This document shows, one piece after another, positions 58,274 through 61,630 of a DNA stretch of 61,630 bases; within the stretch, counting starts at the first letter, position 1; every line of letters begins with the position of its first letter. The position numbers and the translations under genes were made by a program. The DNA comes from Deinococcales bacterium. Its GTDB lineage: Bacteria; Deinococcota; Deinococci; Deinococcales; JAAFIG01. The notes below the pieces were generated by a model. That model was not told the DNA's origin and searched no databases. It worked only from the letters and a program-made list of their open reading frames with translations. The DNA is taken from contig JANNVX010000054.1 in the NCBI GenBank assembly GCA_031414595.1, forward strand, positions 1-61,630, in the 5' to 3' direction.

Positions 58274-58378
58274 GGACGTTTTGTAAGGAGAATTTTTTTC
58301 TTTAGATTTTTTCCCGAGCCGCTTGGCTCGATTTTTTATTGTCTCTCATAGCTTAAAGCACTTTTTTTCGAGGTTTTT

Positions 58379-60064
58379 ATGAAACGTTCCCAACTTTTTG
58401 CGCCAATGCTGCGTGATATGCCGTCCGAAGCCGATACCAAATCGCACCAGTGGTTGCTGCGGGCTGGTTTTATTCGTCAACTTTCGAGTGGGATTTACTC
58501 AATGTTACCGCTTGGTTTACGAGTCAAACGCAAAATCGAGCAGATTATTCGTCGGGAAATGCTCTCGATTGGTGGTCTCGAGTTTGATTTACCAAATCTT
58601 CAACCCGCCGAGGTCTGGAAATTATCTGGGCGTTGGAATGCGATTGGTACAGAAATGCTGCGTTTGCGTGACCGAGCGGGGCGTGAGTTGTGCCTTGGCA
58701 TGACCCATGAAGAAATTTTTGCAAGTTTAGCCAAGGAGTTGCGTTCGTATAAAGAACTCCCGACGATTTGGTTTCAGATTGCTCGTAAATTTCGGGATGA
58801 ACCGCGTCCTAGGGGTGGTTTAATTCGCCTGCGGGAATTCACGATGAAAGATTCGTATAGTTTTGCACTGAGCGAAGAAACCTTGCACCAGCAATTCGAG
58901 TCACATGAACAAGCCTACCGAAGAATTTTTCAGCGTTGTGGACTCGAGTTTGTGGTTGCCAACGCCGACAATGGCAATATGGGCGGCAGTCGTTCAAGCG
59001 AATTTGTGGCGTTGCTCGAGGCTGGCGAAGATTTGGTGGCGGTTTCTGAACTTGGTTATGCTGCAAATCTCGAGGTAGCGGTCAGTCTTCTCGAGCCAGT
59101 GTCTGATGATGGTGTATTGCTCGAACCCACCGAATTTGCCACGCCCAAGGTGCATACCATAGAAGATTTGGTGCAATTCTCGAGTGAATTATTTCCAAAT
59201 GGTGTGCCAGCCGTGCGCCAAATGAAAACGTTGGTATTGATGGCGCAAGGCGAGCCGATTGTGGTGTTACTGCGCGGCGATCATCAACTGAATCTAACCA
59301 AACTGGCTAAGGTACTTGGCACAGATGATATTCGCCCTGCTGGGAGCGAGGAAACCCTTGAGATTATGGGCGCAAATTTTGGCAGTCTTGGTCCGGTTGG
59401 TGTTTCTGCGCGAATCATTGCCGATGCTGCCCTCGAGTCTCGGCGCGGCATGGTCAGTGGGGCAAATAAAGACGGGGTTCATTTAGCGGGTCTCGAGCCA
59501 AAGCGCGATTTTACAGCCCGTTTTGCCGATATTCGCACTGTCAATGAAGGGGAAGCAGCCCTTGATGGCTCGAGACTAACCGTGCGCCGTGGTTTGGAAC
59601 TAGGGCATATCTTCGAGCTTGGGACGCGCTACGCCACCGCCATGGGCGCAATGGTACAAGACAGTTCTGGCAAGCGCGTACCGATAATGATGGGCAGTTA
59701 CGGCATTGGTGTGGACAGGTTAATGGCAGCCATTGCCGAAACTTACGCCGATGAAACTGGATTGCGTTTCCCTGCGGCGGTAGCGCCTTTTGATCTGGCA
59801 TTGCTCGAGCTAGGAGACTCTGGTGGGGTAGCAGCGCGGCTATACCAAGAACTAACGGCTTCGGGACTTGAGGTGCTGTTTGATGACCGTTTAGACTCTC
59901 GAGCCGGCGAGAAATTCACTGAATTTGAAATGATCGGCATTCCTAAAGCTGTAGTTGTGGGTAAGAAATCACTCGAGCGGGGCATGGTCGAAATTCGAGA
60001 CCGTATGACTGGAACAAAAACAGAAGTGTTACTCGAGCAGATACAGCAGGTTCTTTTGTCGTGA
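58379..60064 (+). CDS. proS: Proline--tRNA ligase (bacterial type with INS editing domain)
   Basis: LLRAGFIRQ, THEE, KFRDEPRPRGG..R.REF.MKD.YSF, ELGHIFELG, MGSYGIG. Confidence 0.97.
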   Translation: MKRSQLFAPMLRDMPSEADTKSHQWLLRAGFIRQLSSGIYSMLPLGLRVKRKIEQIIRREMLSIGGLEFDLPNLQPAEVWKLSGRWNAIGTEMLRLRDRAGRELCLGMTHEEIFASLAKELRSYKELPTIWFQIARKFRDEPRPRGGLIRLREFTMKDSYSFALSEETLHQQFESHEQAYRRIFQRCGLEFVVANADNGNMGGSRSSEFVALLEAGEDLVAVSELGYAANLEVAVSLLEPVSDDGVLLEPTEFATPKVHTIEDLVQFSSELFPNGVPAVRQMKTLVLMAQGEPIVVLLRGDHQLNLTKLAKVLGTDDIRPAGSEETLEIMGANFGSLGPVGVSARIIADAALESRRGMVSGANKDGVHLAGLEPKRDFTARFADIRTVNEGEAALDGSRLTVRRGLELGHIFELGTRYATAMGAMVQDSSGKRVPIMMGSYGIGVDRLMAAIAETYADETGLRFPAAVAPFDLALLELGDSGGVAARLYQELTASGLEVLFDDRLDSRAGEKFTEFEMIGIPKAVVVGKKSLERGMVEIRDRMTGTKTEVLLEQIQQVLLS

Positions 60065-60100
60065 CCAACGCAATTTCATCTCTCGAGTAAACCGTACCCC

Positions 60101-60129
60101 TTGACGCACCAAACCCTGTGTGATACATT
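60101..60129 (+). promoter_or_regulatory. tRNA promoter
   Basis: TTGACG, 17 bp, TACATT. Confidence 0.65.
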
Positions 60130-60159
60130 TCCTCTCCGCGCTAGTGCGTGGCAAACCAC

Positions 60160-60236
<77 letters not shown>

Positions 60237-60238
60237 TA

Positions 60239-60267
60239 AAAAAACCCCGTTAAAAACGGGGTTTTTT
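60239..60267 (+). terminator. Intrinsic terminator
   Basis: AAAAAACCCCGT-TAAAA-ACGGGGTTTTTT. Confidence 0.85.
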
Positions 60268-60492
60268 GTTATCTTGAGATTCCAAGATTGCAAGAATATA
60301 AAGTGGTTCGAGTATAAACACGTAAAGTAGGGACATCAAAAACACAAACGTAAGCCAATGGAAAGCACCAAAGCTAACAAGGGGATTCGCTGGTAGGCTA
60401 CCCTCCAAAGACTTGATATGTGTGTCTCAAAAATAAATTTTACCCTGATAAATAGCACCGATTTAGGCAGCCAAACCGACTCGAGCAACAAT

Positions 60493-61497
60493 TTATTGAT
60501 TGATAGGCACTGCTTGAAAGCGGGGGGTGTACTCCCAAAGGCTCGAGTTACCAACTTTTACATCCAGAATCGGTAAGCGGGTTATCTCTTTTGGTATGGT
60601 CATGTAAAACTCGAGCGTTAAAGGTGATGTTGTCAGAGTTGCACTTTTTGAAGGAATAGCGTTGGGTATCAAAAAAGCAAACTGATATGGCGTGATAACT
60701 CGAGAAGCCGTATCTATACCCCGAATACTAACGGCTTGGACAGGTGTTTCACCTGACAGCAAAGCAAAAGAAATTCGGCAAGTCACAGTTTCAGGATTAG
60801 CAGTATTGATACGAATACAGCCTTTAAGGGTAGCATCAATGCTTTGGTGTGGTGAGACAGGCTTTAGGCTTTGATTGAAGGATGTAGAAACAGGAATTTG
60901 GGGAATAGTTACTACGCTCGGGCTTGGATTAGTTACAGCACGAGACCCAAAGATAGGTGCTAAATCGGGAGTGCTGTAAATTCGTGCTGTATCTATGCTA
61001 CCTGTTGCAATTCGCGTACCATCAGCACTAAATACAATGTTATAAACATCACCTAGGTGTCCCTTGAGTTGCCGAATTTCTTTTCGAGTTGCTACATCCC
61101 AAAGTTGTACAATCTGGTCAAAGTTGCTTGTAGCAAGCACCCGTCCGTTAGGACTAAATGCCAAAGTATGACTGACTTCCTTTGTGATTTGAGCAATCTT
61201 TACATTCTTTTCTGTATCCCAAAGACTAACTCCATCCTCAAATGTAGAGATGGCAAGGACGCGTCCATCAGCATTGAAATTTAATTCATCAACTGCTCCA
61301 ACTTTCATTCGAGATATATATTTGCCAGTTGATATTTCCCAAAAATCTACAAATTCATCATTGGTTGTTGCAAGTATATTTCCGTTAGGGTTGAAGGCGT
61401 ATCTCCTACCTTCAAACTGTCTTACCAATTGTCCAGTACCTACATTCCAAAGTTTAATTAAGGTATCGAATCTGTTTCCGGATGCTAATAGTTGAAT
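60493..61497 (-). pseudogene. 3' part of a WD40-repeat gene interrupted by an IS3 element
   Basis: Frame opens mid-repeat (LLASG..DTLIKLWN) right at the IS end; GHLGDVY...ATGS repeat. Confidence 0.75.
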
Positions 61498-61630
61498 TGT
61501 CAAGAAGTCGTGGACATGAAGGTCGGTACTTGAGCCTTACACCAGTTTTCCTCGAACTCAGCAGGTGATTTATAGCCAATTGTGGAGTGTAGCCGTTTCC
61601 GATTATAGAACACTTCAATCCACTCGAACA
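61498..61630 (-). mobile_element. 3' end of IS3-family element (transposase C-terminus plus terminal IR)
   Basis: Minus strand reads [26 protein letters not shown]...TTS* (stop 61500-61502); ends ...TTGACA, i.e. TG on the plus strand. Confidence 0.9.

Noticed and set aside
58203-58286. Alternative leader ORF with His-His-His; T-box riboswitch
   Set aside because: ATG is only 1 nt from the -10 box and His does not match proS; no T-box consensus seen.

Overview
Bacterial chromosomal window, probably Deinococcota (inferred from infC/recO/E3-binding-protein style and many leaderless-type promoters). Both ends are truncated IS elements (IS5/ISL2-like left, IS3-like right), each interrupting a gene, so it is probably a whole contig. 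In order it holds: a MarR-led 11-gene aromatic amine/amino-acid catabolic cluster; an orphan ABC solute-binding protein; a WD40 lipoprotein; a large lipoprotein with polymorphic-toxin architecture, an immunity-like gene and an orphan repeat; a pentaheme cytochrome; infC, pgeF, recO; two molybdo-hydroxylase loci (form II coxGSLM-like); a MazF-type TA pair; pyrE; an STK/FHA-ABC operon; a TPR regulator; a low-GC lipoprotein/lysin island; proS and tRNA-fMet. Most notable: (1) a gasdermin-like ORF between an M23 peptidase and a GH108 lysozyme; (2) extreme HIP-like over-representation of CTCGAG, which also marks duplication breakpoints; (3) the ZU5/HFT lipoprotein toxin locus; (4) 11-bp direct-repeat operators flanking the TPR regulator; (5) a Pro-rich leader peptide before proS. 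All calls are by eye; no searches were run.
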